Shown one piece after another: positions 10,513 to 21,800 of a DNA stretch of 64,000 bases. Every line of letters starts with the position of its first letter. Within the stretch, counting starts at the first letter, position 1. Source of the DNA: an uncultured bacterium (lineage in GTDB: Bacteria > Chlamydiota > Chlamydiia > Chlamydiales > SM23-39); assembly GCA_964466185.1 (NCBI GenBank), contig CAYXMS010000001.1:2284-66283 (forward strand), read 5' to 3'. The notes beneath the pieces are model-generated. The model was not told the DNA's origin. It made no database searches and saw only the letters and a list, made by a program, of their open reading frames with translations. Made by a program: the position numbers and the translations under genes.

Positions 10513-11577
10513 ATGACCTTAGCAGCTTCTGTATTAGGTAATCATTTAAATTATTTAGATCATCTGGCGCCAATTGCCTCTTTATTAAAAATTCCACTTA
10601 TTTTAACCGATCAGGAAATTTACCAAGCCGCCAAAAAATTTTATCCCAATTTAAAAATTATTCTATACGAAGACTATGTAACTTTAAATGACTTTCTAAG
10701 AAAAAACTTTCAAGGCCTTATTTGCTGTGATTTTCATCAAAGCCAAAAAGAAAAGATACTTTACATGTTAAAAAAGCCTAAAATTACCTATTTCTGGCTG
10801 CCGCATGGAAATTCCGATAAGGGCATGGAAGAACATTTGTTTTCTCCTTTAAAACATGAAAAAATCGTTTTAGCATATGGCAACAAAATGCTCGACGCCT
10901 TTCGAATGCACGGTGTTTTCCACCAAATCCCCCATAAAATAGAAATCGGCAATTTCAGGGCTTTTTATTTTCAAAAGCACCAACATTTTTACCAGCAAAA
11001 AATAGATGAAATAATTAATTTTCCCGATAAAACCAAAAAAACTCTTTTTTATGCCCCCAGCTGGGGAGATGAAAATACAATTCAACAGATTCTGCAGGTT
11101 TTAAAAATTTTAAACCGAGATTTAGCTTCTCATTTCAATCTGCTCATTAAACCGCATCCTTATATATTAAACCGCATTTTTTATGGATTTTCCAAACTAC
11201 AAAAAAAACAGAAAAACATAATTTTTATTAAAGATTTTCATGCTATTTATCCTTTGCTGTCCCAAGCGGATCTTTATTTGGGAGATTTTTCCTCTATCGG
11301 CTATGATTTCCTGTTTTTCAACCGGCCGATGTTTTTTTTAAACCATAAAAAAAACAGACAAAAAAAGCTTAATACTTTTTTATTCCAGTGCGGCAAGGAA
11401 ATTAAAACTACACAAAAAATAGGCCCAATCATTTTAGAACATATAAAACAGGAAAAGTTTTTGCAGAAAAGAAAAAAAATCTATCACTATGTATTTGGCC
11501 CGACAGCAGATTTTAAAAAGTTAAAAACAACTTTAAACCAGCTTATTTGTCAAAAAAAGCCAGAGGAGGCATTATAA
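10513..11577 (+). CDS. CDP-glycerol glycerophosphotransferase (TagB/TagF)-family-like protein
   Basis: 354 aa. Family-like motifs: FYAPSWGDENT, LLIKPHPY and ADLYLGDFSSIGYDFLFFNRPMFFL. The 3' end overlaps the convergent mreC by 35 nt. Confidence 0.5.
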   Translation: MTLAASVLGNHLNYLDHLAPIASLLKIPLILTDQEIYQAAKKFYPNLKIILYEDYVTLNDFLRKNFQGLICCDFHQSQKEKILYMLKKPKITYFWLPHGNSDKGMEEHLFSPLKHEKIVLAYGNKMLDAFRMHGVFHQIPHKIEIGNFRAFYFQKHQHFYQQKIDEIINFPDKTKKTLFYAPSWGDENTIQQILQVLKILNRDLASHFNLLIKPHPYILNRIFYGFSKLQKKQKNIIFIKDFHAIYPLLSQADLYLGDFSSIGYDFLFFNRPMFFLNHKKNRQKKLNTFLFQCGKEIKTTQKIGPIILEHIKQEKFLQKRKKIYHYVFGPTADFKKLKTTLNQLICQKKPEEAL

Positions 11578-12721
11578 ACACAATATTTAAATCCATTAAA
11601 TCCAAAACAGCAGGCAACGCTTTAAGATCATAACAATAACTGGCGTCTGTCAAATGACCGACTTCGGTTACCAGGCCCATTTTCAAGCCGGCAGGAAAAA
11701 TACCGTCTAAGCCGGTAGTTACTAACAAGTCTCCTTTTTTGATCAAAGGCTGGTTTAAAAAAGCAAATTTTTCATCCAGGACTTTCCCTGTTTTCAAATC
11801 TCTTGCCGGCCCTTCGCTATCAGCAAAGTCATAATTAAATCCCTTGCCTGACAAAGTACGTGAAGAAGTTCTATAAGCAGGAGTCAGACTGCCATGCAAC
11901 TCTCCTTTAGCCAAGTAATAATTTGCTTTTTTTTCTAAAAGCTTCGATCTGATCTCCTGAAGAAGCGTAAAAAAAAGTTCTTTATCTCCTTTTTCCATCA
12001 GATCTTCTCTTTGACTCAAAGCCTCTTTAAAAGTTTTACACTGCAAAGCTAAAGCCCTGTCAGCCTCAGCTCCTCTTACAGCACGAACAGAAACAGACAA
12101 ATTAGCATCAGTAACCAATCTGATACGGGAGAATTTCTGTCCTACATATTCAACAATACCCACTACAGAATCTGCTACAACAACAGGAGAATTTGTGCCA
12201 ATAACTCGATGGCCCAACGTAGCATTCAATTCTTCTCCCACATTAATCCAAAGCTGTGCATTCCAATTAGCAGGATCGCGAAATACTATTTTAGCAGGCA
12301 CTGTCTGCAATTCTATTTCCAAAATTTTTTTCAGCTCTTCCGAGCGTCTTCTGAAAAAATTTTGCCAGTAACTGTAATTCGTCTGTGTTTGTTCTATTTG
12401 CAAGTTTTTTAATCTTTGCATTTGTTCATCTATGCGCTGATCATGCATCAGCCAATCATAAATACCTTTGCTTTGAGCTTTCAGCAGCTCGTTTTCCAAA
12501 AGCAGCTGTTTTTTTTCTATTCCATCATTTTTAGGCCCATTTAAAAGCAAAACCGTTTTTAAAAAAAGATGGCGGAAATCTGACAGGCCCTCATATACAG
12601 GAGCTAAAGAGGAAATAGAAAAAAGACGTAATCTAGTCTGAAAACTTTTTGGCAGGCTCATAAAAAAGAAAAGACTGAAAATCAAAAACAACAAAGGTAA
12701 ATAAGAAAACCGTTTGCTCAT
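11543..12721 (-). CDS. mreC: rod-shape protein MreC
   Basis: N-terminal TM (YLPLLFLIFSLFFFM), a coiled-coil region, and the C-terminal motif LLVTTGLDGIFPAGLKMGLVTEV. Its start forms an ATGA overlap with the upstream aminotransferase stop. Confidence 0.75.
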   Translation of the reverse strand: MSKRFSYLPLLFLIFSLFFFMSLPKSFQTRLRLFSISSLAPVYEGLSDFRHLFLKTVLLLNGPKNDGIEKKQLLLENELLKAQSKGIYDWLMHDQRIDEQMQRLKNLQIEQTQTNYSYWQNFFRRRSEELKKILEIELQTVPAKIVFRDPANWNAQLWINVGEELNATLGHRVIGTNSPVVVADSVVGIVEYVGQKFSRIRLVTDANLSVSVRAVRGAEADRALALQCKTFKEALSQREDLMEKGDKELFFTLLQEIRSKLLEKKANYYLAKGELHGSLTPAYRTSSRTLSGKGFNYDFADSEGPARDLKTGKVLDEKFAFLNQPLIKKGDLLVTTGLDGIFPAGLKMGLVTEVGHLTDASYCYDLKALPAVLDLMDLNIVFIMPPLAFFDK

Positions 12722-13896
12722 TTTTCCAACTCTCCATCTAAAACTTTAGACACATAAGTTAAATTGTGATGATCAACTCCTGCGATATTAATCCGGCTAG
12801 AATTGGGCAAATAAATACCATATTTTTGTTTTAAAAACACAATCTGCTTTTGATTTAGGCCTAAAAGAGAGAAAAGGCCTTGCTGCTGCTTTAAATACCG
12901 GGCTTTCCCATTTAAAGCTAAAGCCAGTTTTTGGCGATAAAGAACAATTCTTTGCCTCATTTGAAAAAGTTCTTTTTCCCATTCTTCTCTTAGCTTAGGA
13001 TCTGATAAAATCTCATATACGATCTGAGCGCCGAAAGCCGGCGGATTAGAATAGTTAGTACGAATAATCGGTTTGATTTGAGAGGCTATCTTTTTTTTGC
13101 TCTCTTGAGCTGTTGAGACAACAAAAAGAGCTCCTGTCCTTTGTTTATACAGCCCAAAATTTTTAGAAGCAGAAAAAGCTACTAAAAATTCCAGTTCCAT
13201 TTCCAAAAACAATCTCACAGCAAAAGCATCTTCTTCTAATCCAGAACCAAAACCAAGATAAGCAAAATCAAAAAAGGCCAGATGTTTTTTAGCCTTAAAT
13301 AAAAAAGCCAGCTGTCTCCACTGCTCTTGCGTTAAATTAGCACCCGTCGGGTTATGACAACAAGGCTGCAATAAAATAACGCTTCTTTCCGGAATGTTTT
13401 CCAAAAATTGCCGCATTTCAGAAAACTCCAAAACATTTTCTACTAAATTATAGTACGGGTAATCATGCAGCTTAAAAAAACAACGGGAAAATATCTGCTT
13501 ATGGTTCGCCCAAGTAGGAGAAGACAAATAAATGTCTTTAGCAAAATGATCAAACAAAAATTCAGCTCCAATACGCAACGCAGAAGTTCCGCCGACTGTT
13601 TGAGCACCAAAGATTAGATGTTCCTTTTTCTCAAAAAGTTTTCCAAAAACCAGTTTTCCCACTTCCTTTATATAAGGAGCAAATCCGTCGATCGGCAAAT
13701 ATTCAGCCGCCAAGTCTTGCCGAACAACTTTAACTGCTGCTTTCTGGACAGCTGATAAAATTTTTTTCTCAGATTTTTCAGTTTGATAAATGCCTAAAGT
13801 CAGAAAAACCTTTTCCTTTCTAGAATCCCGGTCAAATTCATTTTTAATACCGAAAAGAGGATCGGCCGGCGCCAGAGTCAAATCTTTAAAAAACAT
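12718..13896 (-). CDS. aspC: aspartate/aromatic-amino-acid aminotransferase (class I, PLP)
   Basis: 392 aa. Motifs: QPCCHNPTGANLT, the PLP-lysine motif SASKNFGLYKQRTGALFVV, and a C-terminal SRINIAG. Confidence 0.9.
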   Translation of the reverse strand: MFFKDLTLAPADPLFGIKNEFDRDSRKEKVFLTLGIYQTEKSEKKILSAVQKAAVKVVRQDLAAEYLPIDGFAPYIKEVGKLVFGKLFEKKEHLIFGAQTVGGTSALRIGAEFLFDHFAKDIYLSSPTWANHKQIFSRCFFKLHDYPYYNLVENVLEFSEMRQFLENIPERSVILLQPCCHNPTGANLTQEQWRQLAFLFKAKKHLAFFDFAYLGFGSGLEEDAFAVRLFLEMELEFLVAFSASKNFGLYKQRTGALFVVSTAQESKKKIASQIKPIIRTNYSNPPAFGAQIVYEILSDPKLREEWEKELFQMRQRIVLYRQKLALALNGKARYLKQQQGLFSLLGLNQKQIVFLKQKYGIYLPNSSRINIAGVDHHNLTYVSKVLDGELEK

Positions 13897-14103
13897 AGTC
13901 TTTTCCTTAATATTGATATAAAAAACATAGTATACTTGGATACTTAACCAAAAACCAGAGCTAATAAACCTTACTTTTATTTAAAAAAATAACTATTATT
14001 TTTAATAGATATGTTAACAGATTATGTGAAGATAACAAAAGTTAAAATTTTTTTAACTTTTGAAAAATCTCTTTTCCAGCTAAACTTTTAATAAATTTTC
14101 AAT

Positions 14104-14176
14104 GGGGTGTTAGCTCAGTTGGTAGAGCGCAACAATGGCATTGTTGAGGTCATCGGTTCGATCCCGTTACACTCCA
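14104..14176 (+). tRNA. tRNA-Ala (anticodon GGC)
   Basis: Hand-folded cloverleaf: acceptor GGGGTGT/ACACTCC with the G3:U70 Ala identity pair, D arm GCTC-AGTTGGTA-GAGC, anticodon arm CAACA-ATGGCAT-TGTTG, T arm with TTCGATC loop. CCA is not encoded. Confidence 0.9.
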
Positions 14177-14313
14177 TTTCCATCATTTTTTTAAACCAAA
14201 TCAAAAAGAAAAACTAACTATAACTAGGACTTTTTTGAACATACAAACGAGATTTTTAATGATGCCATCATCAATTTACAAGCAAAAAAATCAACTTTCT
14301 ATCTAAAAATATT

Positions 14314-15975
14314 TTAATCAGTTTCTATTAGATCTAAAAAGGCCTGCAATTTCTTGGCTCTAGTAGGATGGCGCAATTTTTTCAAAGCTTTAGCTTCTAT
14401 CTGTCTGACCCTTTCTCTTGTTACGCCAAAACGCACTCCAACTTCTTCCAGAGTTTTTGGCTTGCCGTCTAACAAACCAAACCGTTCAATAATAACCGTT
14501 CTTTCCCGTTCGGTTAAAGTAGATAGAACTTCTCCCATTTTATCTTTTAAAATAGAATAGCCAGTCGCTTCTGCCGGAGATTCAATGGCCGTATCTTCCA
14601 AAAAGTCTCCAAACTGGCTTTCTCCACTGTCGCCGACTTCAGACTGCAAAGAAATCGGATGCTGGGCAATTTTATAGATTTCCCTAACTCTTTCAGGAGT
14701 CAGGCCTAATTCTTTCGACAGCTCTTCAGGAGTAGGCTCTCTGCCAGTCTCCATCATCAGCTTTTTAGCGCCCCTAAGCACTTTGTTAATAGTTTCTATC
14801 ATATGCACAGGAATCCTAATCGTACGGGCCTGATCAGCAATCGCCCGTGTAACCGCCTGACGAATCCACCAAGTAGCATAAGTAGAAAATTTATAACCGC
14901 GACGGTATTCGAATTTCTCTACAGCTTTCATAAGACCCATATTCCCTTCCTGAATCAAGTCCAAAAAAGAAAGCCCGCGGTTGGTATATTTTTTAGCAAT
15001 AGAAATAACCAAACGCAAATTAGATTCGACCATTTCCCGCTTGGCTTCCTGGCTTTTATCCATCCAGCGCTGCAGCATTTTGACATCTTTTTTAAAATCT
15101 TTCAAATTGCGGCCGGCCGCCAGTTCTTTTTTACATAGTTTGCGTTTGGCAGCAAAAAGCTTTAAAGTTACAAACTTGTTTTTTTCAGCACGAGGAGTTA
15201 AATCAAAGATTTCTTTTTCCAACTGCAAAAATCTTTCATAAGAAGCTGAAATTACTTCGCCAAAATCTTCAATAATATTATGCCTAAAATGAAAACGCCT
15301 TAAATAGGCTTGAGAACGAATATGCGATTTTTCTATATCTTCTTGGATTTTGAGTTGTTGATCTTCTTTTAAAACAGAATTATTCATTTTCACTAAAAAG
15401 TCTTTCAAAAACTGGTCTTCCTGCTCCAAAAGCGAACAAAGTTTCGGTATTAATTTTAAATAATGGTTTTTATCTGCAATTTCTTTTTCCGCAATAATTT
15501 TATCGAATCTTTCTTTTCCCGTTAACAAATAGTTGGCGATTGAAATTGCCTCTTTGGTGCAATACCGAAAACGCATAATAATTTTTTCAATTTGAATTTG
15601 TGCCTTTTCAATTCTTTTAGAAATTTCCACCTCTTCTTCCCTAGAAAGCAAAGGCACCGACCCCATTTCTTTTAAGTACATGCGGACAGGGTCATCAGAA
15701 GAACCATCTGTTTTTTTGGGCAAAGCTTCCATTTCTTTGGCTTCTTTGCTTTTTTCTTGCATTCTCTCTACTTCTGTATGGGTCAGAATCTGAATGTCAA
15801 GGCCTGCCAAAAAGATCAGGATCTGATCGATCTGCTCAGGAGCATCAAAACTCATAGGCAGAACTTCATTAATCTCTTCGTAAGTTAAAAATCCCTGCTT
15901 TTTAGCAACAGCAACCAGCTCTTGTATTTTTTGCTGGTGCTGGGGATTGGCTAAATTGTCTAAAGAATCGATCAT
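14314..15975 (-). CDS. rpoD: primary sigma factor RpoD (sigma-70/sigma-66 type)
   Basis: 553 aa. Region 2: [32 protein letters not shown]. Region 4: [30 protein letters not shown]. Confidence 0.97.
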   Translation of the reverse strand: MIDSLDNLANPQHQQKIQELVAVAKKQGFLTYEEINEVLPMSFDAPEQIDQILIFLAGLDIQILTHTEVERMQEKSKEAKEMEALPKKTDGSSDDPVRMYLKEMGSVPLLSREEEVEISKRIEKAQIQIEKIIMRFRYCTKEAISIANYLLTGKERFDKIIAEKEIADKNHYLKLIPKLCSLLEQEDQFLKDFLVKMNNSVLKEDQQLKIQEDIEKSHIRSQAYLRRFHFRHNIIEDFGEVISASYERFLQLEKEIFDLTPRAEKNKFVTLKLFAAKRKLCKKELAAGRNLKDFKKDVKMLQRWMDKSQEAKREMVESNLRLVISIAKKYTNRGLSFLDLIQEGNMGLMKAVEKFEYRRGYKFSTYATWWIRQAVTRAIADQARTIRIPVHMIETINKVLRGAKKLMMETGREPTPEELSKELGLTPERVREIYKIAQHPISLQSEVGDSGESQFGDFLEDTAIESPAEATGYSILKDKMGEVLSTLTERERTVIIERFGLLDGKPKTLEEVGVRFGVTRERVRQIEAKALKKLRHPTRAKKLQAFLDLIETD

Positions 15976-16081
15976 ATTTTCCTAAAAGAAAAAAATTAGG
16001 TTTAAGAGTAATTTTGAAGCAAAAGAGAATGGTTTTCAAGAAAAAAAGCTCTAAACAAGCTTTTCTAAAAAAAATAAATGG

Positions 16082-16534
16082 TTACAAATTAAATTTTTGA
16101 AAGCGCCTTTTTAAAATCAAAAAATAAATCAACACCCCAAAAGACACAAAAGTATAAATTAAATTTTTTAAACTGAAGTCTTTTAAAATAGTAACTTTTT
16201 GAGGGGCTTTAGAAGCATAAAAAGCCATATAATCCCTTTTGGCAAACTGCTGCAAGGCATCAAAAGCCGCCGAATAGTTTAAAAACCGACCGTCTAATAC
16301 AGTCTCTGCCTCTTTTTTACCATGGCCGGTATCATACTTATAATGAGCAGCCAAATAATAATAATCTTTTATTTTACGGATCTCCCAAGAAAACACATCT
16401 GCTGCAGTCTTGCGGTCTAAAGCATAATAATCGTTTAAAGAAAAAATACTCCGAATAGCAAAAAAAAGAAAAATTAAACCAGCAAAACAAATGACCGTTA
16501 TGGAAAAATAATCCCATTTAAGAAAAAATTTCAC
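16082..16534 (-). CDS. hypothetical membrane protein (two TM segments)
   Basis: 150 aa with N-terminal and C-terminal hydrophobic helices. It sits between rpoD and rpsT, where Chlamydia has a small hypothetical gene. Confidence 0.5.
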   Translation of the reverse strand: MKFFLKWDYFSITVICFAGLIFLFFAIRSIFSLNDYYALDRKTAADVFSWEIRKIKDYYYLAAHYKYDTGHGKKEAETVLDGRFLNYSAAFDALQQFAKRDYMAFYASKAPQKVTILKDFSLKNLIYTFVSFGVLIYFLILKRRFQKFNL

Positions 16535-16564
16535 AAGCCAACATCCTATTTTTTTTTTGATCTT

Positions 16565-16593
16565 TTGACTATTTATTATTTTCTTCCTATAAT
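16565..16593 (+). promoter_or_regulatory. sigma-70-type promoter of rpsT (TTGACT-17 nt-TATAAT)
   Basis: TTGACT at 16565-16570, a 17-nt spacer, and TATAAT at 16588-16593, about 38 nt upstream of the rpsT ATG. The TTG that the track uses as a start codon is the -35 box. Confidence 0.6.
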
Positions 16594-16630
16594 AGATAAA
16601 CTAAAAAATATAAAAAAAAAAGGATTTACA

Positions 16631-16960
16631 ATGAATCAAGAAAAAAAACCTGAAGAACAAGAAGTTAAAAAACCAAAACCTCAAAAAAAACTGCCTCCCA
16701 AAGTGCTTACTGCTCAAAAAAGAGACAAACAAAATCAAAAACGCCAACAACGTCGCAAAAGCTCTTTTTCAAAAATTAAAACTAATATAAAAAGTTTTTC
16801 TTCTGCTCTGCAAAAACAGGAAAAATCAGTGGCCCAGTCCAAACTTTCTGTTTTATACAACCTTTTAGATAAGGGAGCCAATAAAAAACTGGTTAAGAAA
16901 AATAAAGCCAATCGCTTAAAATCTAAATTAACTGCCCTTTTAAAAGGCAAGGCTTCTTAA
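16631..16960 (+). CDS. rpsT: 30S ribosomal protein S20 with Lys/Pro-rich N-terminal extension
   Basis: ATG at 16631 preceded by AAGGA. AQKRDKQNQKRQQRRKSSFSKIKTNIK...LDKGANKKLVKKNKANRLKSKLTALLK matches the S20 pattern. Confidence 0.85.
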   Translation: MNQEKKPEEQEVKKPKPQKKLPPKVLTAQKRDKQNQKRQQRRKSSFSKIKTNIKSFSSALQKQEKSVAQSKLSVLYNLLDKGANKKLVKKNKANRLKSKLTALLKGKAS

Positions 16961-17003
16961 GTTTTTTTTTGTTTTTCCCCAAGAAAAAAACTATCAAAAA
17001 AAT

Positions 17004-18824
17004 TTAAGCTTGGAAAATTTTATTTAATACGTTTTCAAAAGCAAAAAGAGACGCTTTTTCACGGGCACGAGTAATTGCTGTATATAAAAGCTTAAATCCG
17101 AATTTTTCGCTTTCTTCAGGCAAGACCAATAAAATATCTTTATATTCGCTTCCTTGGCTTTTATGTACAGATAACACATAACCCAGCTCATAAGGAGGAA
17201 GTAAGAATTCAGCTATCCTGACAATCCGGTTATTTTCATCTAGAAAATAACCCGCTTTTTCAAATAAAATTCCTATCTCCCCATTAAACAGGTTTTGCCT
17301 ATAGTCATTTTGAGAAATCACAATTGGCACAGGCATTTTCCGAAACAGCTTTTTCAAGCTAAAATATTCTCTGAACTTTTCCAGGATTTTATGGTTTAAA
17401 ATTCTCGTTCCCAACGGGCCGACTTTAAAAGGGGACAGTAATTGAAAGTTTTTTAAATTTTCCAACATATTCTTGATCGTCAGCTCTTCTATATTCTTTT
17501 TGGACTCTATCTGCTCAACACTAAGATCATTAGACTGCACAGTCAAAACTTTTGCATACGCTTGAAAAGCTATTGCAACAATTTGTTTTTGTACCTGAAA
17601 GGTCTGTTCTTTGTTAAAAATATTCAAATGTTCAACTGCATTTTGAAAACTTTTTAAATCTCTGCTTTTTAAAGAGTCTAATATCCGTGCAAAACTGTCT
17701 TTTTGAAAACGATAATGCTTGTCCAAAAAAACCATGTTTTTAGCAAATGGCCGAAAAAAATCTGTTAAATCTACATTTTCAACCGGCGGCAACTGGTCCA
17801 GGTCTCCTAAAAAAACTAATTTTGAATGATCAGATACAGAACTTAAAAGAGCTGCTAAAAGACGAGCATCAAGCATAGAAGTCTCATCAACTAAAATTAA
17901 ATCGGCTTGCAGACTCTTCCTGTCTTTAAATAATAACTCCTGATAAGGGCTCAACCCTAAAATTGCATGAATAGTAGAGCCTACAACCTCAACAGGTAAA
18001 TTTTGTTTTTGTAGTTTCTTATCTATGTTGTTTTTTAAATGTAAAGCTGCTTTACCAGTAGGGGCTAAAGCCATGATTTTCACAGCCTTTTTATAAGCTT
18101 GAACAAATAAACCGCACATTTGAGCAGCCAAAAAAGTTTTGCCCGTACCAGGACCTCCCCAAATAAAACTTAAATTTTTGCCGCTTGCATTTTTAATTGC
18201 CTGTTTTTGTTTTTCAGAAAGACCTAACCCTTGTATTAAAAGAGTTTGATCTTTTTCTAAAAGATCCAAACCGCTCTTTTGTAAGCTATTTAAACGGAAT
18301 AAATGTTTTTCGATCAGATCCTGATACAAATAGTTTTTTGCTAAAAAAAGTTTTTGAACATCCAAAACTATTGGTCTTTTAATGTTTTCCAAATCATCTT
18401 GAAGCAACCGCTTTTCAATCATATGTTTTTGGATTTTTTCAAAGTCCTGAAAAAATTTAATTCTTAGCTGCTTGATCTGCCAGTTAGTAATTTTCTCTAA
18501 AACAGTCAGCTCAGATATTAAAAAATCTGAGAAATCAGGCTTTAAAAGCTTTTTGTCAGGATCAATCTGTAAAAATAAAGAACCATGCCTAGAAACAAAA
18601 AAAAGATAGGCTAACGCTAAATTATCAGTTTGCAAAATAGCCCGGGAAAATAACCAGTCCACTCTGTTTAAAACAACAGGCGCAGAATCTATCCAAGGCG
18701 GCTTTTGCAATTGTATGCCAGGCCTATCTGCAAAGACTCCGCCAGCTGCCATTTGTAAATCTGACAGATTGAAAACTTCATCTAAAAAATCAGCAAAAGT
18801 TTGTTCCTCTTTCAGCTTAATCAC
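17004..18824 (-). CDS. recD: exodeoxyribonuclease V alpha subunit RecD
   Basis: Walker A WGGPGTGKTF, Walker B LILVDETSMLD, and helicase motif SVHKSQGSEY. Overlaps the recB stop by 4 nt. Confidence 0.9.
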   Translation of the reverse strand: MIKLKEEQTFADFLDEVFNLSDLQMAAGGVFADRPGIQLQKPPWIDSAPVVLNRVDWLFSRAILQTDNLALAYLFFVSRHGSLFLQIDPDKKLLKPDFSDFLISELTVLEKITNWQIKQLRIKFFQDFEKIQKHMIEKRLLQDDLENIKRPIVLDVQKLFLAKNYLYQDLIEKHLFRLNSLQKSGLDLLEKDQTLLIQGLGLSEKQKQAIKNASGKNLSFIWGGPGTGKTFLAAQMCGLFVQAYKKAVKIMALAPTGKAALHLKNNIDKKLQKQNLPVEVVGSTIHAILGLSPYQELLFKDRKSLQADLILVDETSMLDARLLAALLSSVSDHSKLVFLGDLDQLPPVENVDLTDFFRPFAKNMVFLDKHYRFQKDSFARILDSLKSRDLKSFQNAVEHLNIFNKEQTFQVQKQIVAIAFQAYAKVLTVQSNDLSVEQIESKKNIEELTIKNMLENLKNFQLLSPFKVGPLGTRILNHKILEKFREYFSLKKLFRKMPVPIVISQNDYRQNLFNGEIGILFEKAGYFLDENNRIVRIAEFLLPPYELGYVLSVHKSQGSEYKDILLVLPEESEKFGFKLLYTAITRAREKASLFAFENVLNKIFQA

Positions 18825-21800
18825 AGTTTTTCCCTCTTCTTTTCCATAAAACCGGCTTTTTTGATTTTTAAAAAATTCGGAATTTGAGCAAGCTCCGGAT
18901 AAAAATGATAAATGCCGCAGTTTTCTCGATCCAAACTCAATCCTCTTAAAAAAACATAAAAAATACCGCCAAATTTTTGTTTAAAATCTTTTTTTAAAAC
19001 AGCCTTTTTTAAAGCTTCCGTATAAATAGCAGCCTGCAAAAAATAATTTTCCTTTTCTAAAGCTTTTTTCAAATTTTCTGCTTTATAAGCTGAAAAAGAA
19101 TCTCCCAAATAATTGCTTTTCCAATCGATCAAATAAAATTTGTTGCCATGTTGAAAAATCAAGTCCACAAAACCTTTCATTAAATCCTGGCTAGCTGTTT
19201 CGGTTTGATATAAGAACTCGCTTTCTGTTTTTGCTTTTTTAAGATCAATATCTTTAAGGTGCCAATCCTGCAAAGGCAAAGAAATATGTAAAACACGATA
19301 CAGCATTTCAAAAAGAATTTCTTGCTTTTCCCAGAAACCGGTTTTTTTTAACTTTTGCTCCAGAATTTTAACAATCGTATTTTTATTCAAACCGCCAAAA
19401 AAACCCGAAAAAAGATCTTCTAAAAGAGAATGCACTAACAAGCCGAATTCTGTTCCAGGCTCAAGACTGCTTTTGCCAAATATAAAATCTGGCTCCTTTT
19501 CCAAAGCCGAATCCTCTGGAAATTCTTTGTCCTGATTTTCTTTTTCTATTTTTTGCAGCCCGGAAAAAGAATAAATACCGGCTCCCGGCAAAATCTTCGG
19601 CTTTTTTAAAGGCTCCAGCAAACGCTGGTTTTTAGATGTAAAAGCACAGAAATTCAGACTGCTGTCTTGCAACCATTCGCAACTAATCAATTTTTGTTCG
19701 GCTAAAGGCTTTAGTTTTTGCTGAATAAAACTAACATCCGCCAAATAATTTTCATAATCCGCCAATTTTAAAAAAAGCTCCAAAGGAGCGGCTGTGCCCT
19801 TTTTAATCGGCCCTTTTTTCTTTTCAATTAAAAGAGGCAGAAAAATACGAAAAGAGGCTCTCGTCATAGTTACATAAAGCTGCCTTAGTTTTTCAGCTTC
19901 AGCCTCTATTTCAGCAGAAGGCGTTCTTTGAGAAACACCAAAAGCAAAGACTATCGCAAATTCCAATCCTTTGCTCATATGCATGGTCATAATTTGAACA
20001 GCATCATCTCTCGCTCTCGGCTTAAAAAATAGACGGCCGTCATCATGCGGATCCAAACTCGAAAAAGTCCCCAAAAAAAACAAAATGCCAGACAATGAAA
20101 AACCTTCTAAGTCTTCGATTAAAAATTCTATTGACTGCATAAGTTGCTGATAAAAACTAAGATCAGAAGAAACAACCATTTGCGAAAGCACTGTATTGTG
20201 ACTATCGGCAATTTCGGCTTTTAAAAATTCAGCAAAAAAAACCGCCAGTCCTGATTCTTCGCAGATCTTTTTTAAATAAGTAAAAAATTCTATCTGCTTT
20301 TGCAAAAAATTTTCAGTAAAAGCCTGTTTTTCATATTGAAAAAACCGGCCTAAAAGCACTTTTTGTAAACAATTAAGATCTGCAGGATCAACTAATAACT
20401 GAAAAAGCTCTTTCAAAGCTGAAAATGCTTTTGTTTCTTTCAGCGGTTTTTGGCTTTTGTATTGGGCCGGTATTTTGTTATGTTCTAAAAATTTACTGAC
20501 CCTCTCGGCTTGAAAACGGTCTTTCACTAAAACAGCCATTTCATTTAAGGAAAAACTTTTTTTCAAACTTTTAATTTCTTCTGCCATTTGTCGGAAAAAG
20601 ATTTTTTCTTCTAAATCCTTATTTTTCTGCCTCTGCTGCAACCAAAAATGAACCGGCGCTTTTAAATCCCAAAAATCTGTTTTTTTTTCTTTGCCGGCTT
20701 TAATGTTCAAATAACCAAATTCTTGGTTTAACTTGGGAATTTTCAGCCATTTATCAGAGAATTTTTCAGAAAAAAGCTGGTTCAAAGACTGCATCAAGTT
20801 CTTATCCGAACGGTAATTGGTATCTAAAGTACTAAAAGCTTTTTGCCCGAAGCTTTTTTGTGCCTGAAAATAGGTGTAAAGATCAGCATTGCGAAATGAA
20901 TAAATTGACTGTTTAGGATCTCCAACCAAATAAAAAGCTTTTAAATCAGGATGGTTTAAAAAAATGCCTGATAAAATCTGCCACTGCAAAGGATCGGTAT
21001 CCTGAAACTCGTCTACAATAGAAGCTTTGTAAGTAAAGCGCAGTTTGGTCTTAAACTCTACATTTTTTAAAGCTTTTAACATCTGCTCCAAAAGAGAATC
21101 AAAAGTAAACATTTCTTCTTTTTCTAATTTTTTTTGTAAATGCTGATTCAGATCCCAAGCCAAATGGGCAAACAAAAACTTTTCATTCATAGCATCTTTT
21201 AACAGAGGAAAAATTTCCTTTTGTAAAAAAGCCAAAAACCCGAAAAACAGAAACTGTTTTTTTTCTAAAAAAACTTTCTTTTTTAAATTGCTGTTTTGAA
21301 AAAATTTCAAAGATAAAAGATTGGTTTCTAAAAGCAAATCAAGCTCTTTTAAGGAAAGATCTTTTTTCTCTAAAAGGTCTAAAATGAAAAAAACTTCTTT
21401 TTCTACCAGATTTATATCGAAAAAACTCTTTTTATATAGGGGAATCAGATCAGTAAGCTCTTGTTTTATTTTTTCCCTGACAGCGTTATTTGTCTTAAAG
21501 TTTTTAAACCTTGGCTGCAACTCTTGCCATAAATTTTGCAACCTACCTATATAAGCAGACGATACATCATTGGCAGCTTCTTTACGATCTGCAGCAAATA
21601 ATCCAGCGGCCAGCAAATTTTCAATTAACTGTTCCAAGCTACCGGCTTTTTGAATTAAAAGCCCAATCTGAGACGGCGCATAAAATTGTTTTTCTAAATA
21701 ATAATAAAAATATTCAAACGCCTTTTCTTTTAAAAATCGATGCGATTGAGTGTTTTTTTCCCCTAAAAAAACTTGCAGGTTTGAAGCAAAAGAAAATCTT